Shown here piece by piece: positions 43,882-56,607 of a DNA stretch of 64,000 bases (the stretch's first letter is position 1; each line of letters starts with the position of its first letter). A program made the position numbers and the translations under genes. The notes beneath the pieces are model-generated. The model had not been told where the DNA came from, did not search any database, and saw only the letters and a list, made by a program, of their open reading frames with translations. The DNA lies in the NCBI RefSeq assembly GCF_009914755.1, contig NC_060935.1; one strand, written 5' to 3'. Origin of the DNA: the human T2T-CHM13v2.0 reference genome, Homo sapiens.

Positions 43882-46123
43882 GTGGCACAATGCTGTTTTG
43901 TTTACTTTCTTTCCATAGGCTTATCCTTCTCACCCAACTGAATTTTAGCCTGCTGAACTAGGATTGCACCTGCTATCTCTTGGGAATAGTGCCCATTTCT
44001 TATAGTGGCATAGAAATAGTCAATCTAAAAGAAAAGCAGACTTTTAGTTCTTCAGAAACCCCCAAAAAGAGAGAATGAAGGTATAAAAATCTGATACTAA
44101 AAGCACTTATTTTCTGTCATTTATCTTAAACTACAGTGAAACTATTCAATACTTTTGAAGGTCCAGAAAATACATTACAGAAAAAAAAAATCATCTCAAT
44201 GATTACTTTAATGCACAACGCTTAGTTTTATGGCGTTTCCCTCATTTCCTCAGGAGAAAGCTATTTCTCTAACTTATTTCTTTCAATTGATTGCTAGGAT
44301 TTCAATCTCTTTAAGACCTTTTGCATTAGAGGAAGAAAGAAGTCTGCTATTTTTTTCTCAACTTGGGGAGTCTGAAGTTTATCACATTCTTTCCCCATTT
44401 AACCACCTACAGACTTGAATTTCAAGAAGACAAATTGTCTTTAAGAACATAAAGTTAAAAACCAAAGTATTACATCAGCATCACATCCTCAAAGTTGGAA
44501 AAGAAGAGGTTAAATTTCTTCTACTAACTCTTAAAAGAGATTTAAAGAAAAGGGATATTGAAAAATGGACTTCTCAAAGGAAAAAGGAAAAACACACACA
44601 CAAAAGGCATGTGCTGCATTTTCTGCCTGAGTTAGTTTATCTCCTGAATTTCCAGTTTCCTATCACTAGGAGGACATAGTATGGCATGACCAGAAAGTCT
44701 GCTGAAGTTCCAATTATTTTATGTCCCAGGCAATTTCACGCAAATTTGCACTTTTAATCGGAACTAAAATTCAATGAGGTCAATACTTTACAGTTAATAT
44801 TTCATTAGGCCCAGTGACTAACTGACCCGCTACCAATACACAATTCTAAGTCCATGTGCTGCCCATCAAAGAAGATTCTGATATATCTAAAGCTCCCCAA
44901 ACTTGGTCAGGAAGATTCTACTTAGCTTTAAACCAAAAATAAACCTTCATTAGAGTTAAGAGATATAACTATATTAACATCACTATATTTAGAAGAAAAC
45001 TGTTATATTAATCCTTCCAAACCACCACACATGGATTGGCACTCAGAGTACCTGCCCCAAAGAAATGAGAACAGGATTTCTGGGAGGTGGCACAAATCTT
45101 GGAAATGATTTTAAAGAACAAGGTGAGGTTACTGGTCTCACAACATTTAAGAATGGAAACATTATTTTGCCATTTTTCTTAATTGGAAGGCAGCAGGTAC
45201 AATAGAAAGTTCTGGACATATTGAAGCATAGATTTATCTTTATTAGCTGGAAGCTCAGGCATGTTACTTCACCTCTCAAGGCCCATTTTTAGCAAGAGGT
45301 GGACTAGATAACCTTCCAGCATTAATGTGATGTGAATCTGTTATGCTTACTTTATCTTCATGCTTTTAGAACCTGAATAGGAAAATCAAATTATTATGAC
45401 TTTACATTACCTTCAGTCTTTTTCACTTCAAAGTTGCAATGTCTTTTCCCTGGCTGGGTCCTGTTACTCATCCCTGTGGTAGTCTCTCAAACTCCATCAC
45501 CTCTCAGACTTGTTCTCTTCCCACAGGCAGCAACACAAGAATGGTGGTAGTGAGGGATAAAAAAATTTTATAGTAAAAAATAAAATTAAAACCATATGCC
45601 TAACTCATAAAGCTTTTTGCTTTTCTCTGTGGGTTTCCTTGTGCTAGTGTTCCTCTGTAGGTTCTTTTCGCCCTTAAAAAAACAAACAAAAAACCCCTCA
45701 TAAGCCCTTCTCTATCCTCTTGTCATAGAGCTTATTTATAGAATACATCTTATCTGATTCCTCATAGCAAAATATTATTTTACAATTTGAGTTCAGAAAA
45801 AGATAATATTTATTTACTCCTTACCATATGCTAAGCACTGTTCTATATACTTCATATATATATATATATATGGCATTTAACCCTCAGAGAACTCTATGAA
45901 ATATGTATACATATTCCTTACTATCCAAATCTATTCAGTTCCTGAGTTCTGTGAGCAAGTTTTTATGATCAGGGAAACTGCATTGTCTTTAATTATCTTT
46001 AGCACCTCCATTTGGAATGATGAAGGGCCTGAGTTTAGATAGCAAGTAATGCTGTTAAAAATGCAAATACAAATACATTTAGTTCCTTTGTTGCAATGGT
46101 AATGGTTCAGAGAGGACAAATTC

Positions 46124-46237
46124 ATTAGCTGGGTATGGTGGCATGCACCTGTGGTCCCAGGTACACAGGAGGCTGAGGTGGGAGGATGGCTTGGTCCCAA
46201 GAGGTTGAGGCTGCAGTGAGCATGACTCAAAAAAAAA
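46124..46237 (+). mobile_element. AluJ/FRAM-type right-arm fragment
   Basis: attagctgggtatggtggcatgcacctgtggtcccag...gaggttgaggctgcagtgag. Confidence 0.85.
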
Positions 46238-46290
46238 GTCAGAAATTCGGACAGTGAGAGAGATATCTATGCCATTTTCTCTACTTTTAC

Positions 46291-46565
46291 AGAAAAGAAA
46301 GAAAAGAAAAGGAAGGAAGGAAGGAGAAGGAAGAAGGAAGGAGAAGGAAGAAGGAAGGAGAAGGAAAAAGGAAGGAAGGAGAAGGAAGAAGGAAGGAAGG
46401 AGAAGGAAGGAAGGAAGGAGGAAGAAGGAAGGAAGAAGGAAGAAGGAAGGAAAAGGAAGGAAAAGAAAAAAGAAAAGAAAGTAAAGAAAGACAAGAAAAG
46501 AAGAGGGAGGGAGGGAGGGAAGGAGGAAGGAGGAAGGAAGGAGAGAGAGAGATGAAAGAAAGAAA

Positions 46566-46632
<67 letters not shown>

Positions 46633-46634
46633 GA
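46291..46634. repeat. Polypurine compound repeat (GGAA/GAAGGA/GGGA) ending in (GAAA)16
   Basis: 344 bp with only three pyrimidines (46482, 46492, 46553). The (GAAA)n run is at 46568-46631. Confidence 0.97.
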
Positions 46635-48609
46635 TGCACAGTGCATAGGTAGATAAGGAAACTGCCTAAGGTTTCATGGCTAATAAGATACAGAGTCAAA
46701 ACTCTTATCCAGGCACTACAGCTCCAGAGTCAATATTATGCTTGTGTTAGACTGCCCAGCTAAATATTATTTTTCTTCTTTGTGACCTGTGGCATCATTT
46801 ATGTAGATAATCCTTGTAGATTTTCTGGGAATGTCTTTGGGGAGGTTAGCCAGAGTTCCCATCTGATTTTTTTTTCTAGAGCTCCATTTGTTAAAAGACT
46901 CCGAGTATGTGTTCTATTAGCATCAATATAAAAAGTTCTAGATACTGACACCAACTGCTTTTTGTACAACTTAACAGTCTAATCGCATGGTTTGTGGAAC
47001 CCTAATGTTCCATTTAGTCACTGTATTTGATGAAATCTGCAACATGGATGATATAAATGATCTTTCTGTCATACAGAAACAGGAAAAGCAGACTTCGACA
47101 GTAGATAAATCCAAGTTGAAATGTAGTCTATCTTAAGTTCTTATTCTGGGCAATCCCTCATAATCTCTGAAAACTTAGGGCCTCTTCAAATCATTGCTTG
47201 TCCTCAAGCAAACATGTTGTATAATCTGACTTCCATGCCAGTTAGGTTCACACCAGTATTTAGCCATTTAATATTTCCTAAAGTATTTAATGAATGACAC
47301 CAGCAATGAATTTACTTAAGAGCCAGTCAGGGCCCTCATGAAATAGTGCAAAATCACAGGCACTCTACATCATGATGAGTTGTTCTCATGTGTCAGCCGA
47401 CTGCTGTCCAACTGGAAAACTAGAGAATAAATTCATGCTTACATGTTAAATAGAATTGTGTTTGTTAAACTGACAGATAGTATCTTCATGAATTTTAGTG
47501 AAAAAAAACTTATGCTTGATTTCAAAGGTCTGTTTATATGTTCACATAGCAGTGAGGCTGGGCACAAAATAGGATGGAAATTACATTCAATCAGTAACAA
47601 TAAAAAGAAAATGTATCTCATCTCCTTGGAGGCCTTCCAATGATTCCGACCCTGGCTATGCCTTCCAGTGCTGTTTCTGTGCCACCATGTGGTGAAAAGA
47701 TCAAAGGTATGTGGCAGCATGCCAGGAGGTCCAGGAAGCCAAACTTTAAATGGTGCATACTCCTGGAGCCCTACTGCAGTTCAAGGAGGGTAAAAACATC
47801 ATTATAGTGAATTTTAATGCAGAAAATACGTGGGTTTTGCACAAAACTCTGAAACTCAGAATGTTAAGGTGAAATTTCCAAGCATGCAGCTAGTATCCCT
47901 GGTGATTGCAGATACTCTGGTGGGAAATGCTGAGATTCAGTGCTCGAAGGTGCTCAAAGAGAACTCGGTTTCGAAGATCTAAGTTTTAAGCATGACTCCA
48001 TCACTTGCCAGCTGTGTGAACTTGGACACATCTCTTGCCCTCTAAGTTGAGTCTCTATCTGTGCAAAGAGTTTAAATTACATGATCTTTATGGTCCTTTC
48101 CAGCTTGAAAAGGCTGTGGTCCGTGTTTATGTTTCAGAGCTCTGACTGCCTTATTCTCCTGTTACATAATTTCTAAGAGAAGGCATATGTTACTTAGCAT
48201 AGAGGTTTCATATCCACTGTGAAATATCTCTGGGAGATTCCAAAAATCTATTTAAATCTAAGCTGCTAGTATTTCACTCATTAAGCTATTATTGCTCACC
48301 TACTGAAGACTAACCAATACTCCCAAATACAAGATACACACCATAGAAAATAAATTCACCAATATCCAGATTTTGTCAAAACTCTTATTTCTTTTCTCTG
48401 AGGTCTCAGACTCATCAAACATCCAAGGATAATTTTAGGATTCACTAGGCATTATCTGAGTATATCTCCCTGTCATAAAGGTTCATAGTTTTGTTTTTAA
48501 TTGAAATATCTTCAAATGCTTTTCCTTCTTAAATAAATGCTTACATAGGTAACATAAGTGAATCTTACTGAGTCAGTGATAAAAATTCCCTGAAGTAAAC
48601 ATAAACTCC

Positions 48610-49027
48610 ATAATGCAGTTATTTTTAAAACTTTATTTTAAAAATATGAGCATCTATTTTAAAAGTTTTGATAATTATTGCCATTATTTTCTTGTGATTG
48701 GTACAATTTAAAAATAAGTCTATGTTTTCACATTGATTTTAAAAAATATAGCATGTTTGAATTACAAATGATTAAGCAAACTCTATTACTTCATAGCTGA
48801 CCATCTTCCAGAAAATTCCCACTTAATTGAATACTTAGAAAAAAATGGCCAGTGGCCGATTGAAAGGTATATTAAAATTAAGGGCAGTTTTAATTCTGAA
48901 GACAAATATCTTCATGGAAATCTATTTGTAAGCTTCTGAGATTGCTGCTGAAAGTCTACAGTCTGTGAATATACCAATTCCCCTTTACAACTGATGCAGA
49001 TCATTATGAAATACTGGAAGGCATACC
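48610..49027 (-). other. CTSC: CTSC 3' UTR (about 0.4 kb; cleavage site approximate)
   Basis: AT-rich unique sequence between the stop codon and the first AATAAA, which has a downstream GU/U-rich element. Confidence 0.8.
48632..48637 (-). terminator. CTSC: CTSC polyadenylation signal AATAAA
   Basis: tttatt on the plus strand, followed on the minus strand by ...GCATTATGGAGTTTATGTTT (GU-rich downstream element). Confidence 0.8.
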
Positions 49028-49530
49028 CTACAATTTAGGAATTGGTGTGGCTGCCACTGCTATGCTCTCAATTGCACACTCATCAGTTCCTCTGCGGATC
49101 CGGAAGTAGCCATTCTCACCCCAGCCGGTGCCCCAGCTGTTTTTAACAATCCAGTAATCCATCCCAGAGGCTGAGTCAGTGCCATAGCCCACAAGCAGAA
49201 CAGCATGATTAGTCAGCTCAAAGGGGTTGAAAGGGTCTCTTAGACCAGTGTGGTGGTAGATCCCCTTTTTGTAGTGGAGGAAGTCATCATATACTTCAAA
49301 AGCAACTGCCATGGGCCCATGATGGACCAACTCAAGCTTCATCAGGGCTTCATTGCAGCCTCCATAGAAACCTCCTACATAGTGGTACTCAGAGGAGTAA
49401 TAACGAAAGCAGTCTTCCTTCATTTTGCATGGAGAATCAGTGCCTGTGTAGGGGAAGCAAGCTTCTTCCACCAGCCCAAAATCTTGGGCGTACTTTCCTG
49501 CAATAAGGTATGGGAAGCCGCCTTCACAGC
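49028..49530 (-). CDS. CTSC: Cathepsin C last coding exon (exon 7): end of heavy chain and light chain, with catalytic His and Asn
   Basis: Translates as [19 protein letters not shown]...[19 protein letters not shown]...[41 protein letters not shown], with papain-family NHAV and KNSWG motifs. Acceptor ttcatcttcAG at 49531-49532, TAG stop at 49028-49030, His codon at 49205-49207. Length 503 nt, phase compatible with the upstream exon. Confidence 0.99.
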
Positions 49531-49744
49531 CTGAAGATGAATAACACACATGGTTACCCCTTAGTAGAAAAAGGATTATCCCATTTTCTATTTTTTCTTC
49601 TTTGCTCCATTATTCTTTGCATGTTACCCCTGAAAGTTGTTCTTAGCTTAAGCATCACTTCATTCATCCATCCATTTTCCAACTAGCTAACTATCCTTTC
49701 ATCCTCCTTCTACTTAACAGATATCTACTTAGCACCTAATATGG

Positions 49745-49950
49745 ATGTAGCTATGGCAAAGTGGTTAAGTGGGGAGGCTCTGAAGCCTATATAGGTTTAA
49801 AGCCAAAGCCGTGTGAAGAGTTTAACTTCTCTGTATCTCTGCTTACTTACCTGTAAAATCTAGATGGTAGTAGTACTTTCCTCATAGGGTTAAATTAGTT
49901 ACTTCATGTAAAAATAGCAAAAGTTAGGTATTATGGTCATTGCTAAGCAG
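49745..49950 (+). mobile_element. MIR SINE in CTSC intron 6
   Basis: gtggttaag...ggctctgaagc...tttaacttctctgtatctctg...ctgtaaaat...tcatagggtt. Confidence 0.7.
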
Positions 49951-50405
49951 CCAGACCCCACAACTTGGCTCTTTCTCAAGCAAGTCTTTTCCCTGACAAC
50001 CTCTTGCCGAAATGTCTTTCCTACCTTCCTCATGCAGTCCTGGCCCTATTATATATATTATAACTCTGTACTTTTTCTTCACTGTTCTTCACTCTGTTGT
50101 TATAATTATTTAATCTCTATCTCTTACTTAACTGTAAGCTTCATGAGGATAAAGATTGTCTTGATATATTATAGCCCCTATAGCCTACAAGTCACAACTA
50201 GTAGTACATATTTTAGAAAGAATGAAAGGCTCACTGGCAAATAATCACTCATCAGCAGTTTCACTAGTGAGCTGGGAAATTCCTAGTGGCCAAATCTGGG
50301 CTTGAAAGCATAAACTTTAAAATGGTAACGTTTCTCCCTCAATCAATTATAGCTGTGTTTTCGACATACATCACATACATCCTGATCTGAAAGCCTAAGT
50401 ACAGA

Positions 50406-50702
50406 TTTTTTTTTTTTCATAACAGGGCCTCACTCCGTTTGCCCAGGCTGGAGTGCAGTGGCATGATATCGGCTCACTGCAGCCTTGACCTCCTGGGCTC
50501 AGGTGATTCTTACACCTCCGCCTCCTGAATAGCTGGGACTACAAGCACACACCACCACGCCCAGCTAATTTTTTGTATTTTTAATAGAGAAGGGGTTTCG
50601 CCGTGTTGCCCAGGCTGGTCTCAAACTCTAGGACTCAAGAGATTCACCCATCTCAGCCTCCCAAAGTGATAGGGTTATAGGCATAAGCCACTGCGCCCAG
50701 CC
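50406..50702 (-). mobile_element. AluJ in CTSC intron 6 (sense to CTSC)
   Basis: gcagccttgacctcctgggctcaggtgat is an AluJ diagnostic. TSD ctaagtacaga at 50395-50405 and 50703-50713. Confidence 0.95.
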
Positions 50703-51154
50703 CTAAGTACAGAATTTTAAAATTCTCCCAGAGAGAAACCAGTGTTAGTATAGTTTTAATAAAAGTTGGGTTTTGGAGACGATGATTAGAAGTGAAACTC
50801 CAATGCTAAAAGCTGTGAGACCTTCAAATTATTAGAAAAATTTCTTAGTTCCTGTTCCCCGCCCATAAATAGGGATTATACTTACTACTTCTCAGAGTTT
50901 TGAGCATTGTTAGGCAATATATGTAACAAGCAGAGCTCACTCAATATATAGTAACTATTGACATTTTGCTGGATGGTACAGTAAATTCCATGAGCAATCA
51001 TCCATTAATAAGTGATAGGGCCAGACTTGCACTCAGATTTTCTGACTATAGACACTGCGCTCTCTCTACTGCATCATCCTTTTGCCTTTGCCAACAACAG
51101 CCAGCTGCACACAGGTAAATAGCTCATAAATGGTGTCTGAAATGCAACACTTAC

Positions 51155-51286
51155 CTTGAGCATACTGGCTACAAGACACAACCTCCTGAGGGCTTAGGAT
51201 TGGGGTCTGAGAATTGTTGGTTAGTATACGGATTCTCGCTTCTAGCATACCCATAGAAGCAAATGAGTAGCAGCTGCCACAGGATG
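51155..51286 (-). CDS. CTSC: Cathepsin C exon 6 (132 nt) containing the catalytic Cys
   Basis: Translates as [44 protein letters not shown]. Acceptor ttttcatcgccAG at 51287-51288, donor CAAG|GTAAGT at 51153-51154, active-site TGC codon at 51270-51272. Confidence 0.99.
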
Positions 51287-51699
51287 CTGGCGATGAAAAA
51301 AAGACACATAATCCAAGAGACATCTGAAGCCTCACAGAGAATCATGCAAAAACCTTAGTGAATCACATACATTAATGTTTATACTGAATGTTGTTGTTTA
51401 TAAGAATCAGCACAATAAGAAGACTCAACTAACAAGCACTGTTGAGCTTATTAAGGCAATCATTAAGATTCCATCCTTTTTCATCAAAAGGCAAACATTA
51501 GTACATGGGACTTTCTTTGAGAATATTTTAGAAACTAAAAAAACCCCTCATAATTTCTGAGAAGCTTTTGGCAATATTCTTGATAATGATGAAAGGATTT
51601 ATGTCTACAACGTTCAAAGCCATCAGGTTGGGTGATGGAGGAATACATGTGAGCTGTGGAGGAATACACGTGAGCTGAGCTTTCAAATATCTCTAATGC

Positions 51700-51870
51700 A
51701 ATGAGATGAAGGTTTATGTCCCTCTAAAATCATGTTAAAACCCCAATCCCAAAAGTGATGGTCTTAGGAGGTGGGGCCTTTGGGATTAGTGACCTAATAC
51801 AAAAGGCTCCAGAGAGAACTCTCATCCCTTCTACCATGTGAAGTTACAGAGAGAGGTCAGCCTGTGAGTC
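51700..51870 (+). mobile_element. MLT1A-like MaLR LTR fragment
   Basis: gtgatggtcttaggaggtggggcctttggga...cccttctaccatgtga. Confidence 0.7.
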
Positions 51871-54800
51871 CTATTTCCTTTTAACTACTGCCATTTCTGA
51901 TGTTCCCTAAAATTCTCCCCCTAAAAATCTCAGATTGACCATATTGTACACTGTTTTGCTACTGAGAGATTATCTAAATTATGAAGATTAGAAAAGCACT
52001 TGGAAGAAGGTCCTGTGAATTCATCTAGTGTACAACCTGCTCACTTGATAGATAACGTGTAACGGTGGCTCAGAAAGAAGCAATGAGCTGTCCAAGGACA
52101 CACAGCTAATAGATAGCAGGGACAAGTGCCTTACTGTCTCCTAAGGCAGGATTAGTGTCCTTTTCAATTTATGGGTCTGTGTCTACTTTAACAAATATTC
52201 AGATTTTCTCTCCCTGTCTCGTAGTCACTAGACAGGGCAAAATTAGCTTATATCTTTTGTTTTCAAAACCATGCAGATGATACTATCCATAGGACCCATC
52301 CTTCAAATGATGGAATGTCAAAGAACATTGTACATTGTACACTGAACATATAACTGTGTTCAGCAGTACCTTCCAACAGTGAAGAACACACTGAACTAGG
52401 AGTGAGGATACTTTTTTTTTCCTCCTTTCTTGTTTTGCCCCTCATTAGCTGTGCAACACTGGACAACTTACAAATACACCTTGGCGCCTCATGAAAGGAA
52501 ACCAATGTCAAAGAAATAACACAACCCAGGAGAGTCTGGAAAGGGTCCCTTTCTGACCACCCAGCTTTCTTGGCCCATAGCAGCCATGGAAATAATCTCT
52601 CTCAGTACTGGTCATTAAACTCCCATTATCTGACCATCAATCACTGTGGGAGGCACAGGCTGCAAGTGCATTCAAGGGCTCTGAATGTGTTCTATTTACA
52701 GAGCAATCACAGGAACAAGGGAAGAAGATAAACTTCATCAAGCCCCTGACCTGTAAGAATGTGTCAGCTACCAAGGTAATTAATACCTCATTTCAACAGC
52801 CAAGGCCAATCTGATTCTAAAAGAGCCATTTATCTCTTAAGAATACTGCAATGCAATAAAGAATAAGAAGTGAATCTAGCCCAGCCAGAGCTCTGCAGTA
52901 ATCAAATTTCTACAATCTCAAATAGATAGTGTGATCTTCATATGGTATAACTATGTTCAGCAGCACCTTCTAACAGTGAAGAACACACTGAACTAGGAGT
53001 CGGGAGTCAGGATTCTTTTTTTTCCCCTCCTCTCTTGTTTTGCCTATCATTAGTTGTGCAACACTGGGCACTTGACCTTTTGACATTGTTTTTTTCTTTT
53101 TAATCTTTTGTGTAAAATGAATTGGGTGGAGCAGTTTAAGGTCTCTGCCTTCCTGCTCAAATAATATAAATAGCATTTTGAAACAAGACTTAAATGGACT
53201 AGACTTTACGCATTATGAAAACACTCTGTATTTCCTAATTAATGTGACCCAGGAGAGACACTTCCCTTCTCTCTTAAAAATACAATAATAAATAAAAACA
53301 GCATAGCTGGGAGAAGAACAAAGAAAGCCCATTCTGCCGTATTTCTAAGCTTCTCTTCCCTCTCATACCTCAAAGTATTAATAAATCTAGGTATAAGGCT
53401 TGTTCTTAAATCTGTTTTCAAGTGTAAAGGTAAAACCTCATTTGTCCTCCCACTATTTCTTTTTTCTTTAATTTCAATTTGCTCTCTGACTACAGAAAAG
53501 CTGTGAATTCCCTTAATTGCAGCTAATTCTGAATTCTGGGTTATACAGAACACTGGTATTGGCAAAGTTGGTGGGAATTTTCAAGTAGCCCAATTAGCAG
53601 GAAGAGAAAATACTTTTTTCCCCAACTTACAGTATAGAATACCAAAAGAAAGTCAAAAGAGGAAACTTTAAGTACATTATTTTCTCAAGTACCTGACAAG
53701 ATACTGTAGATGAGGGATCAATTCAAAGCAATTAATCCATCAAAGCCCTCTGTTTTGAAATTGCCATTTCTCTGTACAAATCATACTTATAACAGTCAAA
53801 GAATAAAGAACATGGGAGAAAATAACAGCTTTTACCAAGCTATATGAAAACCAATGTCAAATAATTTGGCTTTAGAAAGTCGAATTTCCTTTCCCTGAAT
53901 TATTATCTCATATAACTTGTCAATCATTTCTTTTGGGAAGGGTTTGCTAAACTCTTCTACCTTCTCTTATGTTACCAATGAATTTAAAAAATGCTTTATT
54001 AAAGTAGTTATCATGCTTTACTTTAATGTTTTGCTTGTATGTCTTGCTAAACTGTAAATCACTAGGACAAGGACTATATCATATTAGTCTTCATTTCCTC
54101 TGCCATTAAAAAAATCCTAATATATTTTAGATGTTCTGGTAACAACACCAGAAGCAACACTATAGTATCAGTAGCTCAAATTATATCATGCCAATGCTAT
54201 CATGTGCCAGGACCTCAATGATAAAGTCAACACATAATATGCACTATGAATTAATCCTCTCAGGCACAAAAAATCTATTTGGTGATAGCATAACTTGCAA
54301 TCTCTTAACATGGACCCTTCAATTTCACTTTCCATTCATTTCTCAATTATCTTCAAATTTATCTTATTTCCAATCCCACTTTCCAAAGAAGCCCTCCCCA
54401 GGAAATTGAGAAGGTAGGGAAAGATTTCAGGACCTATACTTTCTTTAGAGCTGAAGAGCCCAGAATAACTGGTAGAAAAGCAAAGAGACGAGACCCTTGG
54501 TGTCAGATGAAAAACAGAAATGTTGCTGACTGGCTGTTATAAGACCCACTTGGGGCTCTCAACATTCAGAACACTGCAAGAATTCAGTGAGATGGGAGCT
54601 TGGAGGGCAAGTGATGAAAATGAGACACGGCAGAGACTGATTATCACTAAAAGTTTAGGAAAGGGAAACAACAGTTTATCTTTGGGTACTATAAATTTAT
54701 AATCCTCCCAGGAGACACTAATCAGAATGTTTCCAGACAGCAAATACTAAACCTATTTTATAGTAACAAATCAGCCATGGGTAGTATTATCTTCAAAATG

Positions 54801-55551
54801 AGCTTAGAAGTAATAAAACTGAGTATTGCATAGATTCTCCAAGTCATTGTTGGCTACAACTCAGGATAACAAGATAATTTGCTATCAAGTGCAGTTAGAG
54901 GACATGTTATGAAATCAACTCACATTGTATCAAACTTCTGAAAATAACTGGTAAAATTCAATAATAGGAATACTTTTCATGAACCTGGGTTCCGCCCTCA
55001 CGCCATCACTCAGGAAGCTGGGTTAATACTTACCATCACATATCGTATTCTAATGTAAAGTGAATTGAAAGGTCCTTACACAGCTCAAAAAATCTACCAG
55101 GAAAATAATTTAAGGATTTATTTTACGGGTTCATGTAGTAATTAATGACTAAATTAATGGGGGTGGGGGAATACAGGAACAGGTATCAAAGAAAGATTCC
55201 AACAAACCACTTGCAGAATGGTACACAATTCTTTGCTTCTACTAGAATCTTTCCTACTAGGAGGACAAATGAGTTTGTCTTACATATCACTCTGATTGTC
55301 ACTAGCTACCTGGAAAATATATTGAGAAGAGTACTGAATAAATGCTAAGCTCAGTAGAAAAGAAAATTTTTTACCAAAGTTTGTCATGGATATAAAAGGA
55401 AAGAATAATTCATAGGCCACCTATTTTCTATTTCTGTAAAAAGGGGATCATGCCCATTCCATCTAGGTATCCCCGAAATCCATCACACAGAGCAACTGTT
55501 CAATAAATAGTTCCGAACAAATTAACAAAAAACTTAGGCTTATTTTTTTAC

Positions 55552-55667
55552 CTTGGTTTCGAACAGGACTGACAAAATTGATACCATGAACATTTCTCCA
55601 GTCCCAAGATGTTGGCAAATGCAAAATCTTTTGCTGTATTTCAGCAGTCAGTGGTGCAGGTTTGGGC
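55552..55667 (-). CDS. CTSC: Cathepsin C exon 5 (116 nt): propeptide end and mature heavy-chain N-terminus
   Basis: Translates as [38 protein letters not shown], including the LPxxxDWR motif and the oxyanion Gln. Acceptor tttctAG at 55668-55669, donor CAAG|GTAAAA at 55550-55551. Confidence 0.98.
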
Positions 55668-56134
55668 CTAGAAAGGAAATATACATTTGATATCAACATA
55701 TAATCTTTCCTTTGAGGATGATTTCCTAAACTCTACTATAATTCTATGATTTCAGCTACCAGACTAGCTAGGATCTAGATTCAGACCCAGAGCACCTGTT
55801 TTATGAGTGATTCAATGTGTCAATTACACAATGGAGTTGTGTAAATGGCTTTCATTCGCTGTTTCTTTTTCAGGATCTAGTATTGATAATTTTCCTTTGT
55901 GAAATGACACTGGTTTTGTATATCACTGTGATGTTATTTTTAGTTTGCCTGAATAGCTGCATTCTTACTCATTTTTGAAAGATTTTTGACCAAGAAAGAG
56001 ATGAGAAGTAGAAGACATAAGAAGGGTTTAGAGAAAACAGAGGAATCACTGATGTTTGACTTAGGAGACAGACACATTGGTAGTGAGGTGGCTGTAAAAG
56101 AAGTGAAGTTGGCAAAGGGAAAAAAGGGTCTATG

Positions 56135-56607
56135 TGAGGCAGGAGAACAGGTTCTGGAGGCAGGGAACATAAGGCCAATTCACACTGACTTCCTAGAACT
56201 AAATAAAGTGGAAACACTTCAGCAATGGCAGGAATGCGAAGGGCTTTGTCACTTCACTTCATCCTCTCCGTTTACATGGGCCACAACCCCCAGGAGTAAC
56301 ACCCTCTCCATTAACACAAGGCCTATACTGAGTAAATGACTTTGTAACTTAACTCCACCCTCTTCATTTACATAAGGCATACACCAGGTAACCAATGGGA
56401 AACCTCTAGACGGTATTGAAACCCCAGAAAATTCTGTAACCAGGGCCTTGAATCATTTACTTAGGCCCACTCCCATCCTGTGGAGTGTGCTTTCATTTTC
56501 AATAAATCTCCGCTTTTGTTGCTTCATTCTTTCCTTGCCTCATTTGTGAGTTTTGTCCAATTCTTTGTTCAAGAAGCCAAGAACCTGGACACCCTCAACC
56601 AGTAACA
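56135..56607 (+). mobile_element. MER51-type ERV1 solo LTR (antisense to CTSC)
   Basis: TG...CA termini. Starts tgaggcaggagaacagg..ctggaggcagggaacataaggcc, contains CCAAT and AATAAA, ends ccaagaacctggacaccctcaaccagtaaca. Confidence 0.85.

Noticed and set aside
46079-46699. Long ORFs (206, 119, 76 and 75 aa) rich in F/L/S/P or K/R/E
   Set aside because: Translations of the stop-free polypurine repeat, with no other coding evidence.
48110-48135. ggctgtggtccg resembling a Y RNA 5' end
   Set aside because: Similarity ends after about 12 nt, with no complementary 3' stem or U-tail.
49061-49063. Codon 453 of CTSC (known Ile/Val polymorphic site)
   Set aside because: Reads ATA (Ile), the ordinary allele. 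No disruptive change is visible in the three exons.
49250-49534. 94-aa plus-strand ORF over CTSC exon 7
   Set aside because: Antisense shadow of the real coding exon.
51066-55699. ORF-track extensions beyond CTSC exons 5 and 6
   Set aside because: The extra residues are intronic read-through. The true limits are set by GT-AG sites and phase.
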